A stretch of 64,000 nucleotides of DNA from Octopus sinensis. Taxonomy: Eukaryota. Below, piece by piece: positions 1-13,443 of the stretch. A program made the position numbers and the translations under genes. Each line of letters begins with the position of its first letter. The stretch's first letter is position 1. The notes beneath the pieces were generated by a model. That model saw only the letters and a list, made by a program, of their open reading frames with translations. It made no database searches and was not told the origin of the DNA. The stretch is from assembly GCF_006345805.1 (NCBI RefSeq), contig NC_043006.1, positions 31,806,001-31,870,000 of the forward strand. Reading direction: 5' to 3'.

Positions 1-445
1 GGGTGGAATTACTCAAATTCTCGTTCTGCGAGATTAACAAATAATTAACTGGGATGGAGTTAACTAAAAAAAAAAATCTAAACTTAGAAGAATACAATTC
101 AACAGCCCAGTAATCAGATATCGGTCTCAGAAAAGCAGAGAACATTTTGTGATTTTTACAGAAATTATTGACAAACTGACTTGAAACATGTACTTGAGAA
201 TAAACTTCGTTAGAATTTATTTTAAAAATTTGTCTTTGAGAATACTTTTACTTCTTACTGTATTTCTTTCTCTTTTTTTTTTTCATCAAATCAGTGGCAT
301 TATTAACAACTTCACACTTTGGACAATGGTTTGGTATGTAGAAACACGAAAGCCGGGTACTTAAATAATTGTTCACACATACATACGATTGCACACATAC
401 AAAAATATATTTATACATACGTGCATGCTTCTTCGTGAGCGTTAC

Positions 446-494
<49 letters not shown>

Positions 495-1599
495 GAATTC
501 ACATACACGCATACAAACACACACACACACATACACGGACACACACACATACATATATATAAGAAAAACACAAGAGTCTGAAGATGTGCCTGGGTCTGAA
601 AACGAACTGTAAATTTATTTTTAAAAAACCATACTGGTTTCATCAACCCTTTTTGTTTTGTTTTATTTTTTAATTGTTGAAATAAAAAGGGTAAAAGTTG
701 AAAAGAAAATGAGTGTGCGGGAGAAAATTCCATAATGGAAAGACATGCTTTTAAAAATCAAATGTTCACACATTCGAAATATTCAACACATTTCACAGTA
801 ACAGAAAATGATAAAATTTCAAATGTTAAAATTTCATGACAAAAGTACGTGCTTGTGGGCCCAATAGATTTCAAAGTAATAAGCAATAAAATTTGTCGAA
901 TATCAGAACTTCTATCATGTTTTATTGCAGTAAAATTTACTTAATTTCCATGGAGATTTGGTTATCCGATTATAATTTCCTTCTACACTCACTTTCTTTT
1001 AAACTTTTACTTTCTGTTTTTATTTACCATTGAAAAATTGAAAAATTATTGAAACCGGTATAGTATTTTTAGAAATTCGTTAAAAAACTATAAAAACAAC
1101 AATTCGTTTTAAGACTCATCTGTTTGGCTTCACAAGACGGTACTTTTGGACCAAAAAGTTTTGGACAACAACCTCGGACTGCCTTTGAGGTGAAACTAAT
1201 AAAAGGAAACTGAACAGCCCTCGTATGTATGTGTGTATGTGAGAATGTGTGTATATGTGTGTGTGTGTTATGTGATTGTCTGTGTGTGAGAATGTTAGTA
1301 TGTGTGCGTCTGCTTGTGTAAGTGCGTGTGTGTGTCTGTCCTTATGTTGGGGCTATTTGCAAAAAATGTTTATATTGCACAACTTAGCGGTGCGAGAAAT
1401 ACAAATCCTTAAAATAAAAAACAGAATTAAAAATCAATGCCGGGTTGAGAAGATAGATTAAAAACTTTTCAAGGCAGTGCCCTAGCATGCCGCCCCCATC
1501 ACCATATGTGATAATTATATATAAGTACATCAATAATTCGATGTAAAAATGGCAATTTAAAGAAATTGTGGGGTTTGAACCATTGTTTGATAATCTCTT

Positions 1600-2200
1600 T
1601 GTTAACAACTTCGAACGTAACTTTTCTGTCGGCGGAGAAACTGATCTCTATAACAGAACATGAATTTATCTTCTGTACTAAACAACTATATGAGGCCTGT
1701 TGTGTTTGTATTTAGGGGAAATTTTGATTGGAATGTTCCAGAAATATTCCTTGTATTGCAATATGCGAATATACTCAACATCAAAAAGATTTTTTTTCAA
1801 ACTCGTGCCGTCCTTCCTACCGATAGTATTGTATATTGTTTTAGTTACAAAGCGATGCCACATAAGAAGGTAGACCCTTAATGACATTGTAGAGCAGCTG
1901 TTGATCACATCTCTAATGTATTCCACAGATATGCGACATAATTGAGATTTTCAGTAGCATCTTCTGCGGTTTTCTGTGCCTGCTTCTATAGAAATGTTTT
2001 ATGCGTATTCATGTGTATATGATGAGCATCGAGGTGTATGTGGTGAGGCTTACAATAAATTGAATACTTAACCCATGTCCGATCTCCGTTGTACGTATTT
2101 CAGTTACACTCGTTAATCTCCTTGGCAATGTTTTCAACGTCCCAACTTCTATTTCCCCACACGTCAAGGTCAACAGGGCAAACCACTCCTTGAAAATGCA
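1600..2200 (-). mobile_element. Degenerate RLE (R4/Dong-like) non-LTR retrotransposon fragment
   Basis: Minus-strand translation gives a decayed zinc-knuckle region (CRI..EYIRDVINSCSTMS), an RH-type segment (WHRFVTK) and YFWNIPIKISPKYKHNRPHIVV, resembling the W..PI.T...HNRPDIV endonuclease motif; stops and frameshifts. Boundaries approximate. Confidence 0.55.
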
Positions 2201-2325
2201 TCTAATGACCATGGTTCGATCGATTTATCTTATAGGTTTGTTCATCGACAAAACAGTTACCTTATATGTTTTACGTCAATGAGTATAACACCGACAGCAT
2301 CAACAGCACTGTTAATATAAACTGC

Positions 2326-2671
2326 CTGGTTCTCCATCGGTTTCGACGACGAGTGTTCCAGTTGATCTGATTAACGGAACAACCTACTCATGAAATTAAC
2401 GTGCAAGCGGCTGAGCACTCCACGGATATGCGAACCCTTAACATTGTTCTCAGGGAGATTCAACATGACACAGAGTGTGACAAAGTCGGCCCTTTGAATT
2501 ACAGGTACAAATCATTTTTGTTAGCTAAATGAACTGCAGCAACATGAAATAAAGTGTCTTGCTCAAGGATACAACGCGTCACCGGGAATCGAACTTATGA
2601 TCTTATGATCGTGAGCCGAATACTCTAGCCACAAAACCGAATACCCTAACCACTAAGCCACGTGCCTTCAC
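2326..2671 (-). mobile_element. tRNA-derived SINE, family A (CORE-like centre)
   Basis: Reverse complement starts gtgaaggcacgtggcttagtggttagggtattcgg (A-box), then a gttcgattcc B-box and tgtatccttgagcaagacacttta; near-identical copies at 17366 and 50921. Confidence 0.8.
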
Positions 2672-2699
2672 AATATAGATCGAATCCTTTATTATCTTG

Positions 2700-3637
2700 T
2701 TTCCAACCCAGACTTTTAATCCCTGACAAGTACCTTGACTCTTCAAATATTCTTCACATCTTTCTCATTTCTAAACCCAACTTTTACTCTGCCCTCACAG
2801 TTCCTGCTGATATCGAATCGTCAGATTTTATCCTAGTAAAAGCTATCTATTCCACCATATCCTGCCTCCTTGTCAATCTGTTATTGTTTGAAGACATCCT
2901 ACTGACTGCTGCCGGTTCTATGATCCTTGGCAACAAATGTATTTCACCTTTAAATCATGTCAGCAAGTTGAGCGTGTGATCATGATATCCACCAATGTAG
3001 GTTTCTCATCATCCCTTAAACGATCTCCTCACTTTCATGTGGTTTATTCTATAAATCTACTGATAGAGAACAATATCTGGAAATTACCAATCTTCAAAAT
3101 GGCAACAACCCATTCCAAATATTAGGATTCCTCTTTAAAGCCAGAAAAGTCTTTGATCGGTTGTTGACTGTCAGCAAAGTTCAAGTAAGACCTGTGTTAA
3201 AATATTTATCATACATTGAGAGTGTGTTGCTGATAGACGCACAGACATCCTACACTTGCAATTAAAGAAATAGTCATTTAGTTGATATCCCAAAGATTTA
3301 ATTACAAATGAACAACAGGCGCTGGTCTCCGTGCAACGATTCTTTCCCTCTTTCTTTCTTCTATAACACATTCTACTTCTCTTTCTTATGTATCTGCCGC
3401 TTCTCCATTCATCAACTCTATTTTGTTTTAACCCTCACCAGACATCCCACTCACACACCCCACTCTTAACTGAGACCTTACCAAATCTTTTCCACACGAA
3501 ACTATGCTGCTTGCTCCACGCGACTTCTTCCAGATAACAACATACACAAGTATAAATTGGAATATCAATAGCAACGAACTCACCAGTCTAAATGTTCTTG
3601 TCAAGATCAAGGACGTCCGCTCTCCTTCCAGCTGTAA
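2700..3637 (-). mobile_element. Possible highly decayed RTE-like LINE endonuclease region
   Basis: Minus strand gives LRVGCVSGMSGEG (cf. RVGTWNVG.M.G.G), SLGYQL and ILKIGNFQILFS; many stops. Weak similarity only. Confidence 0.3.
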
Positions 3638-3663
3638 ATAATAATAATAATAATAATAATAAT

Positions 3664-3717
<54 letters not shown>

Positions 3718-4242
3718 CATGGCTTCTGATCTTAACTGATTGGAAGTGTTATCGTGTACATTGTTTTGTCTTGGTATAAAAGATGGGCTACAGTAAATAT
3801 TCTGCTCAATACCACAGATTTGCTTGTCAGTTGTTTGACCTTAACCAGTTGAGCATGTCCCTTAGTGGCTGACGATATGTGCATCTCTGATCGCGAGCAG
3901 AAGTAGTGGGGGAGCATCATAGCCATGTGTTGAGAGGGATTCTTGGGGGTTTGAATAATTCACCTCTGGAAACATGGGTGGTTCTTTCAACATCCTTAAA
4001 CAACCCTTATTCAGGAACAGCTTGAGCGGGATGGGCTACTCAACCTGAAGAAAATTCTAACTGGGTCCCACCTGCAAGGTCATGTGTTGTTTATCTTGAT
4101 ATGAGATCACCATGTCGCACACATATGTTTGTGATGCATGTGCTTGGTGTACCCTTATCAGACGGGTAGTCATGATGGGTATATTGGGCTTCGTATATTT
4201 TACCCCAGTGTCACTTTGATGGCATGAACTGCTCTCTCACTC
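3718..4242 (+). mobile_element. Insert with (AAT)n tail, probably an RLE-LINE 3' UTR or a SINE-like derivative
   Basis: 525-bp non-coding insert bounded by (AAT)n on both sides, like the neighbouring LINE ends; no coding motif seen. Confidence 0.4.
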
Positions 4243-4320
<78 letters not shown>

Positions 4321-4359
4321 AATAATAATAATAATAATAACAACAACAACAACAACAAC

Positions 4360-4498
4360 TATATTCAGCATTGCTTGGAACTGCAAGAATTCTTTGCAAG
4401 GTTCTTGAAGCATGACCAGTAAACAAGTGTCACTTTAGTCTACTGACTGTGGACAGGTGACACTTTTCATCATACCCAGCAAAATAACCTGAGATTCC

Positions 4499-4500
<2 letters not shown>
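4360..4500 (+). mobile_element. RLE LINE extreme 3' end
   Basis: Encodes SALLGTARILCKVLEA* (typical RLE C-terminus), then a short UTR and an (AAT)n tail. Confidence 0.8.
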
Positions 4501-4552
<52 letters not shown>

Positions 4553-4681
4553 CAACAATAACAACAACAACAATAACAACAACAACAACAACAACAACAA
4601 CACAACAACAACAACAACAATAATAATAATAATAATAATAATGATGATGATGATGATGATGATGATGAAGATAATAACAAT

Positions 4682-5178
4682 AAGATGGTATGCGCACCCG
4701 CCAGAAGAGGTCACAGAAAATGAGAAAGCAACCATACTAATACACAAAAACAGAGAAATCAAAGCCAATGGGCCAGATATAGTTGTCAGAGATCATGAAG
4801 AAAAAATGCTTCCTAATTGATGTATCCATACCAACAGATGACAACGTTTCTCTAAAAGAAATGGAGCAACTTTCAAAATACAAAGACCTGGAATTAGAGG
4901 TAACTCGAATGTGGAATCTAAAAACAGAAACAATTCCTATCATAGTAGGCGCATTAGGTATGATAAAAAATATTCAGACAAATACATAACAAAAACACCA
5001 GGACTAACAAATATATATAACATACAGAAAATTGCACTACTGGGCACTGCAGACATACTACGCAAAACAATTTCAATACAGTAACCATAAGAGCAACACA
5101 TCAAACCACAGCACATACCCAAGGCACACAGGGCTGCGCTCGGTAGTGCAGTGAAAGCACGTTATAAAAATAAGACTT

Positions 5179-5181
<3 letters not shown>
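4682..5181 (+). mobile_element. RLE (R4/Dong-like) LINE, 5'-truncated
   Basis: CFLIDVSIPTDDNVSLKEMEQLSKYKDLELEVTRMWNLKTETIPIIVGALGMIK; 3' UTR closely matches the copies at 13444 and 13666; (AAT)n tail. Confidence 0.92.
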
Positions 5182-5243
<62 letters not shown>

Positions 5244-5244
<1 letters not shown>

Positions 5245-5394
5245 CTGCAGGATCAACCTCAAGATTGAGCAAGTGTCTCCACTGAACCGCATCAATAATG
5301 AAACCATTGCCTATATCACGAACAAATGCCCTACACTTATCCAAAACCACTACAAGTTGTGACAACACGATCAGGTAGCGAAAGTACTACATTG
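5244..5394 (+). mobile_element. RLE LINE internal fragment (zinc knuckle to RHD region)
   Basis: NNETIAYITNKCPTLIQNHYKL*QHDQVAKVLH matches the ETI.HI...CP.L....Y..RHD.VAK.LH pattern. Confidence 0.7.
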
Positions 5395-5395
5395 A

Positions 5396-5431
<36 letters not shown>

Positions 5432-6461
5432 CAGAGAGACAGAGACAGACAGATAGACAGACAAAGAAACAGAGACCGACAGACAGACAGACGGATAGAC
5501 AGAGAGAGAAACAGAGAGACAGATACAGCGTAAACGGCGCAGCTCACATATATTGTACAATGGAAAGAAGAGAAAATTGCACTGCACGTACCCCAAGTCG
5601 CACCAGCGGTACTCGGTTGTGCAATGTAAACATGCAAAGCAAAGCAAAGCAAAAATCGCTCAACAACAGTCATCGTTCTAAGGCCATATTTGTCTTTGGA
5701 GTTCCAGACCATTAAAGCAGAAGCAGATAAAATGGTTTGTCGTATTTAGTTACGTTCTTTTACGTTCTAATTTTTTTGGCCTCTCAGCCTTTTGAGTTCG
5801 ATAAAACAAGAAGCAGTAAAGTACCTGGTTTCATTGGATTAACTGTGTCACTCTTCCCCGTCTCTTCCCCTGAAATGGATAGATTTGTGCTTATGTCAAA
5901 GATCACTATTTATTCAAGTCGCATGAAAACGTTGTTTTATCAAGTCTCTTTGCTCGACATTTCTTAATCTTTCGTGACTTGGAATGGTCTCATTTTATCT
6001 CTTTAATTATCTCCGTACATTCACAGTTCGCTCCATGTTTCTACTCCCTGTAGATTCAATTTGCCTGCGAAATGTTTTCGTGCCGTTCACCCTATCACAC
6101 ATCATTCTACTCTTGAATTGTGTTATTCTTACTAATTTGTTTTCTTTGAATGTTCTGTAAGACCCCTATAACCTAGGTTCATGTTTCCAACTTCGAGGGG
6201 TTCCTTCCAATCTGCCAGTCAGTGGTGTTTGTCTATTTTCTACCATTCTTTAAACAATCAAAGAATATAAAGAGACTAACATGGATAAAACGACAATTTG
6301 CGATTTAATTGCTGTTCACTGTATTCCTAACTCGCTTTCTCTCTCTTTCTCTCTCGCTCCTTCTATCTCTCTATTTCTCTTTCTGTTTCTCTCTCTCTCT
6401 CTTTCTCTGTATTTCTCTACCTCCCTCTCTCTCTCTTTATCTTTCTCTCTATTTCTCTGCC

Positions 6462-6507
<46 letters not shown>

Positions 6508-6906
6508 TCTATCTATCGATCTATCTTTCACAATATCATCTCCACCTGCAGAGGAACCAAATGTCTTCCTACGCAGGTGATTCTCTTGTCTCCGGCGGAT
6601 TCACAGTCAGCCTCGTTTCCATATCGTGCTGACGTCATTCTTTGTTGTTTCCGCTTTTTCATTGGCTCAGTAATTTTCTTATATTTATTTTATGAAACAT
6701 TTCTCACCTATAAACAGTTTCAAAGTGCAATATCTCCTCAAAATCATTCTTCTTGATTCTCATGTTCTTTTATGATAATCTTTTCTGTATTATCACAACA
6801 TAACCACAACATCTATCCTGTGGTTTTACTTTCATTCACCTCGATATACACATAATACATATATATATATATATATAAATATGTATGCATATATATGTGT
6901 ATATAT

Positions 6907-6988
<82 letters not shown>

Positions 6989-7006
6989 ATATATATATAT
7001 ATATAT

Positions 7007-7176
7007 TTTCTTTACTGCCCACAAGGGGCTAAGCATAGAGGAGACAAACAAGGACAGACACACGGATTAAGTCGATTACATCGACCTCAGCAGAATTTGA
7101 ACTCAGAACGTAACGACAGACGGAATACTGCTAAGCATTTCGCCCAGCGCGCTAACATTTCTGCCAGCTCGCCGCC
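7007..7176 (-). mobile_element. tRNA-derived SINE, family B, internally deleted
   Basis: Reverse complement begins gagctggcagaaatgttagc, has a gagttcaaatt B-box and ends gcccc ttgtgggcagtaaagaaa. Confidence 0.8.
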
Positions 7177-7184
7177 GTCAGTAT

Positions 7185-7248
<64 letters not shown>

Positions 7249-7305
7249 TAGATAGATAGATAGATAAGAAAGTTGGTTTGTGAAAGCACGTGGTTGAATA
7301 TATAG

Positions 7306-8266
7306 AAAATAGTAAAAAGTGAAAAAACTACAGAAGGCTTAAATGTTAAAATATATATATTTGCGTCAATATGTCTGAAGAATATAAAAAAAATTTTTTC
7401 TCTTATAATGACATAGTTTTGAAGAAAGACCGGTTTCGCATTTAGCTTTTCAAATTTCTTACGACGTTATGTTTATGTTGAATAGAGTTATCGTTATGTT
7501 TATGTTCAAAAGAGTTCTAAATAAGGGGAGGAAATGAGTGATTTCTTCCGGTGTAAGGGAGATAATCGCTTAAATTTTTTTTCCTTTCCCTTGGTGTGAA
7601 TTTCTCTGTATCAGTATGTTGGGATGGTTAAGTCTGGGCTTGTACTTTTCAATGAAGAATGTTTCCTTGTTTAGTCTAATTTGTGTTGATGATCCGATAG
7701 CACATTGGTAAAATGGAAAGATTAAAAATTGTGGTAGTAGTTGCTTTGCGCATTTCTCAATGTGCTCACTAAAAGGTATCATTCTGTATTCTGGGAATGC
7801 AACCTTTTAGTGAGCACATTGAGAAATGCGCAAAGCAACTACTACCACAATTTTTAATCTTTCCATTTTACCAATGTGCTATCGGATCATCAACACAAAT
7901 TAGACTAAACAAGGAAACATTCTTCATTGAAAAGTACAAGCCCAGACTTAACCATCCCAACATACTGATACAGAGAAATTCACACCAAGGGAAAGGAAAA
8001 AAATTTTAAGCGATTATCTCCCTTACACCGGAAGAAATCACTCATTTCCTCCCCTTATTTAGAACTCTTTTGAACATAAACATAACGATAACTCTATTCA
8101 ACATAAACATAACGTCGTAAGAAATTTGAAAAGCTAAATGCGAAACCGGTCTTTCTTCAAAATTATGTCATTATAAGAGAAAAAATTTTTTTTATATTCT
8201 TCAGACATATTGACGCAAATAATATTTTTTAACATTTAAGCCTTCTGTAGTTTTTTCACTTTTTAC

Positions 8267-8272
<6 letters not shown>
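7306..8272. mobile_element. Penelope-like element 3' portion duplicated head-to-head as a ~470-bp-arm inverted repeat
   Basis: Arms 7306-7777 and 7802-8272 are reverse complements with only a few differences and a 24-nt spacer. Each encodes PFSEHIEKCAKQLLPQFLIFPFYQC..RLNKETFFIEKYKPRLN (GIY-YIG C-terminus) and carries an HHR-like motif. Confidence 0.85.
8119..8157 (+). ncRNA. Minimal type I hammerhead-like motif (U3-A8 variant); mirror copy at 7422-7460 (-)
   Basis: aagaaa-t-TTGAAAA-GC-taaat-GC-GAAAC-cg-GTC-tttctt. Confidence 0.65.
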
Positions 8273-8309
<37 letters not shown>

Positions 8310-8310
8310 A

Positions 8311-8351
<41 letters not shown>

Positions 8352-8411
8352 CACACATACATACATACATACAACATACATACATACATACATACATACA
8401 ACATACATACA

Positions 8412-8443
<32 letters not shown>

Positions 8444-8586
8444 AATATGTATATATATATATGTATGTATGTATATACATGTATACATACATATATATAA
8501 ATATGTATATATGTGTATGTATGTATATATATATGCATATATGTATGCATCATATACATATATATATGTGTGTGTATGTATATAAT

Positions 8587-8810
8587 CATTTATCTTTTAC
8601 TTCCTTCGGTCATTAAACAGCGGCCATTCTGGGGCACTTCTTTGGAGAATTCTAGTCAAACGAATCCACCGCAATACTTATTCTTTTAAGCCTGGTACTT
8701 ATTCTGTCTTTAGCCAAACCTCTAAGTTGCAGGGACGTAAATACACCAACACCGGTTGTCAAGGTGTGGTGAAGGGACAAACACAGACTTAAAGACCCAC
8801 AATCACAAAC
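8587..8810 (-). mobile_element. SINE family C, 3' half
   Basis: Reverse complement contains cttgacaaccggtgttggtgtatttacgtccc and a ccccagaatggccgc tail shared with other copies. Confidence 0.7.
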
Positions 8811-10346
8811 ATATATATATATATATATATGTATGTTATATACAACAAGCAAAAATGAGGTTAAAAAACCGCAGTAGAATCCGTTCGAACGGACAGCCAT
8901 GTTAAAGTAGCTACAAATATTACTTGTATACACACACACACACACACACACACACCACACACACACACACACACACATACACACACACACACACACATAT
9001 ACACAGACACATACTATAGCTTAGTTGCATTGTTACTATAAGTGACGTTTCTATATAAGAGACATTTCTGGGCTGCTGATGCTACTACAACTAAACTTCT
9101 AGCCCTTCTAAAAGCTTCGCAGTATTTAGTTTTGCATTCGAATCTCATTGAGGGCTACATTGCTCTCCATCCCCACCCCACCCCACCCCCTCCACCCCTC
9201 ATAAGAAATCATAAGACAAAAGCGAATCTTTTGGCCGAGTCGATTTTTTTGGTCGATCGAAAAATACCAGCCGCAAAAATGTCGTGGGCCTTTTCCGGCG
9301 TAAAAGAACCTTATGGTTGTTGATGTTCCTGCTTTCGTTGATATTTGTTGTGGTTGTCGCTGAGTTAATGTTGTTCTTGTGAGAACAATTGGTTGACAGA
9401 AATGGCGGAGCAGTAAATGTGATGTTTTCAATATAAAATAATGGCCTTCAGCCAATGTGAGCAACCATTATTATTATCGTCATCGTCGCTGCAATTTCCG
9501 TGGCTTTTAATGCTGTTGCTGTTGTTGTTGCTGTTGTTGTTGTGCATCTAGTTTTAATCTTAAATGCCACACAAAATTAAGCATATGAATATTAGGTGTT
9601 GGCAACGTAGACACATAGGAAATACTTGTCACGGATGGATTGGTAAAGAGCCTTGTTTCTATAATGTATGTATGCGGTAGAGTATACGTATGCAAGTCGT
9701 TTTTTTTTCTTTTGTACTTTAGTTTCGTTTCCTATTATTACTTTTTTTTTTAATTTGCTTCAAGACCCTTGTTTTTACTCTGTTAGAAGAGTTTACAATT
9801 TCTTCTTCCTTCATAACCTTCTTAATTTACAGTATTCTAATAGGAACTAAGAGACTGTGCCTCACACAAATCCGAGAACTTCCTGAAGTAAGAGACAATG
9901 TAGAGCTGAGTGTTTTACGAGATATCTACACGTTGTAATTAGCAGAAATGCCTATACAGATAAGAGGACAAAAAAAATGAAATTAGCCGTGATGAAATAT
10001 CAAATGGCACTGCTAATTAAAGGGGTCCATGTAGATCAAGAAGAAAGACCCCCGATAAAAAGTATCTATGTTGTAAACCCAATCCTTGCTCGAAACCACT
10101 TCACTTCCCATTCGTTGTTAATGACCTAAAGAGAAAAAAGCATAAACACCTTTGCTTCCCATTTCCTGCTTCTTTTATCGACATATCAGTTTCTTAAAAT
10201 GCTTTCATAAATTGTTTCAATATGCAGAAGTTAGTTAGTAAAAAAAGCGCTGGGTGGCGTGCATTTGAAAATATGCTATTTGTTTTGGTGTGTGTCTTTG
10301 CAGAATTGTGTGTGTGTGTGTGTGTGTGGTGTGTGTGTGTGTGTGT

Positions 10347-10405
<59 letters not shown>

Positions 10406-10641
10406 GTACAATGGTTGTGGGAGTAGATTTTAAAATCAGGGACTTCTTTTAAGTCTTTGGAGTCCAGGAAGTTAAGGCTTGAAATAATATTGAGTCCATG
10501 TACCAATAGAACACGGTAATATGTCGATGTGTAGATTGTTTTATCTTTTTAATATTTATTTAATTAAAGCAAAGACGACACCAATGCTAGTTTGGTACAC
10601 CGTGACAGGTAGAGGTACGAGAATTATAAATCAACAGCAAT

Positions 10642-10679
<38 letters not shown>

Positions 10680-10905
10680 CATACATACATACATACATAC
10701 ATACATGCATGCATGCATGCATACATACATACATACATACACACACACACATACATACATACATACATACTACATACATACATACATACATACATACATT
10801 CATGCATACATACATGTGTGTGTGTGTGTGTGTGGCTGTCTGTGTGCATGCGTGCATGTGTGTGCGCACATATGTGTATGTCTCTCCTTTTTTATTTTAT
10901 ATACA

Positions 10906-10987
<82 letters not shown>

Positions 10988-11573
10988 CGGGGCAGAACAA
11001 TAAACACGTGTTCAAGATTATTAGTGAGAGTGTCATTAAAATATTTGCATCTGATTTTTACTGTTGGAGAGGTAAATGTGATTAACATACTACCTTGCCA
11101 ACACAGCTGCATCTGATACGATCAAATATTGAAGCAGGAGAGGGAAACGTGCCGTGAGGAGAGGGCAGTCGAGTTCTATTTTCGTGTTGGTCATTCAATA
11201 TGTTTACACCCACAAACATGCACGCTCACGGGAAGATGACGTGTTTAAAAGAACTATAATATTTGGAAGATCGCGCGTTGCCAGATGTGACATAAGAAGA
11301 GGAACCAATGATTCTGCCTCTCTACTGTCTCTGAAATATGCCAGAAATAGCAGACAAATTCCTTCCACGAACAATATCTTATCTCCTTTAAAGAAAAAAA
11401 GGTAAAGTATATTGGATAATGTAATCCTAGATATACTTATGCCTAAAGAGCAGATGAGATGGTCAAGGCTGTAATGTTTTGATCATAGGTCTAGTTGATT
11501 AATGCTGACGTGGGGCTAAACAACTGCACCTTAATGTATGACATAAGCATCTCCAAAAGTCATGTTCATGGTC

Positions 11574-11617
<44 letters not shown>

Positions 11618-12306
11618 ATGATGATGATGATGATGATGATGATGACGACTACGGCGGACATGCTGCAGAAGGGGTGGCGGTGGTAGTATAGTTTAGCTTT
11701 AGTTCAACCGTAATCCAACAGAGCTTTGAACAAAGGTGATAGCCATCTTTTTTTCTTTTTTTTTTAGCTCTAGTGATTCTAAGACCATATTACTATCCCT
11801 GCATATTTTCAAGATATTCGAGTACGCTTTGAAATAATACAGCTGCTATTTCCTGCAAGTTAAGCAAAGCCATAGGGATTCCCTCATCAGCTCGACCCAG
11901 AAAAACATTCAATTGCTGGTCCTTTACACTAGTTCCATTTCAAGCCGCGGATAATAAGGTCTCCGGATTAGAAAAGCAGTTTTTTGCTTTCTCCTTGATG
12001 TTATGTCAGATGATCGGATATTGAACTCTCTCTGATAACTTTTTCGACTGAGACGAAATAGAATAAAGTCGCTTGACGAGAAACTGAATGAACTGGTTTC
12101 AAATGATTAGAATTTTTAACTCATATCCACTAGAATATTTTGCTTCTGTACTTGATACTCAGTATACACTACTGACAAGCATGAAGACCATCACGTCACA
12201 CAACCTTTTCTCTATAATTAACCTGGAGATAACATATGTGATGTAATATGCAAAAATATATTCAATCTCTTTATATCTCAGCCAGAGTGAATGAAAAATT
12301 CTTTAG

Positions 12307-12752
12307 TCGCAGGCGTAGCTGTGTGGTTGAGAAGCTTTTTTTCCAAACACGGGGTTTGGGGTTCGGTCCCACTACGTAGCACCTTGAGCAAGTGCATTCT
12401 TCTATAGCCCCAAGTCAACTAAAGTCTTGAGAGAAGATTTGGTGGACAGGAGCTGAAAGAAGTCTGTTGTATATGAGTGTGTATGTATGCGCGCGCATGT
12501 CTGTGTATTATATATATCTGTCTAGTTTCTAGGTGTGTGTTTTTATTTTCTGTCCTCCACCACCGCTTGACAACCGATGTTAGTCTGTTTACATTCCCGT
12601 ATTCTAGCAGTTCAGCTAAAGAGATCGATAGAATAAGTATCAGGCTTAGAAAACAAATAGATGAGATCGATTAGTTCGACAATAAACACCTCAGTGCGGT
12701 GCCCCAGCATGGCCGCAGCCCAATGTATGGAACAAGTCAAACATATAAGATG
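12307..12752 (+). mobile_element. SINE family C (tRNA head, central microsatellite)
   Basis: gcaggcgtagctgtgtggttgagaagc head, gcttgacaaccgatg middle and ggtgccccagcatggccgcag tail. Confidence 0.8.
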
Positions 12753-13122
12753 AAAGACATTTTTTAAAAATGCTTTAACCATTAATTTTTGTTTAGAAAT
12801 ACGAGGGAGGTACTCTTAGAGTACCTTCCAAATCTTCGCTTTCTCTCAATCTCCATCATCGAAAGAGTTTTAAAAATAATGCTGCAAATACGTCGCGACT
12901 TTGGATGGCATGGGAATGAGGGAAAAACCACAAGCACAGAATAATAATTAGAGTAGGCGTTGATTAAAACGCCCCAATTAGAGAAAAATGTCAGCTTAAT
13001 TCTGCAAACATGAAAGTTGCTCAACTGTGAACGTTTAAATAGGGGACTTAGACAGGGATTAGATATTCAAATAACGCCGATTGTCTGAATGGCTCCTAAC
13101 CAGATTTGTCATGAATACCATG

Positions 13123-13172
<50 letters not shown>

Positions 13173-13443
13173 CATTATTATTATTATTACTGTTGCTATT
13201 ATTATTACCACTACTACCACCACCACCAACATTAGTAGTGGTGGTGGTGGTGGTGGTGGTAGTAGTGGTCGTCGTCGTCGTCGTCCTCGTAACGTTGTTG
13301 AAGTGGCAGAAGTACGAAATCGTAGGACAAAGTATCATATAATATTTAGTTAAGTCACAATGGGTTCAACTCCACTCAATAAAATAAACTACGACGACTT
13401 AAATTATTATTATTATTATATTATTATTATTATTATTATTATT

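Larger units (their letters stand above)
3638..5243 (+). repeat. Compound (AAT)n/(GAT)n/(AAC)n microsatellite tract hosting stacked LINE 3' ends
   Basis: Trinucleotide tracts at 3638-3717, 4243-4359, 4501-4681 and 5182-5243 separate unique inserts. Confidence 0.95.

Noticed and set aside
578-615. CTGAAGA..tgaaaacgaactgta hammerhead-like string
   Set aside because: Stem II does not close and there is no stem I.
9171-9198. G-quadruplex-forming (GGGGT)n on the minus strand
   Set aside because: Real motif but common, with no linked feature suggesting function.
12801-12830. tacgagggag resembling a mariner TIR start
   Set aside because: No partner TIR or transposase remnant found.
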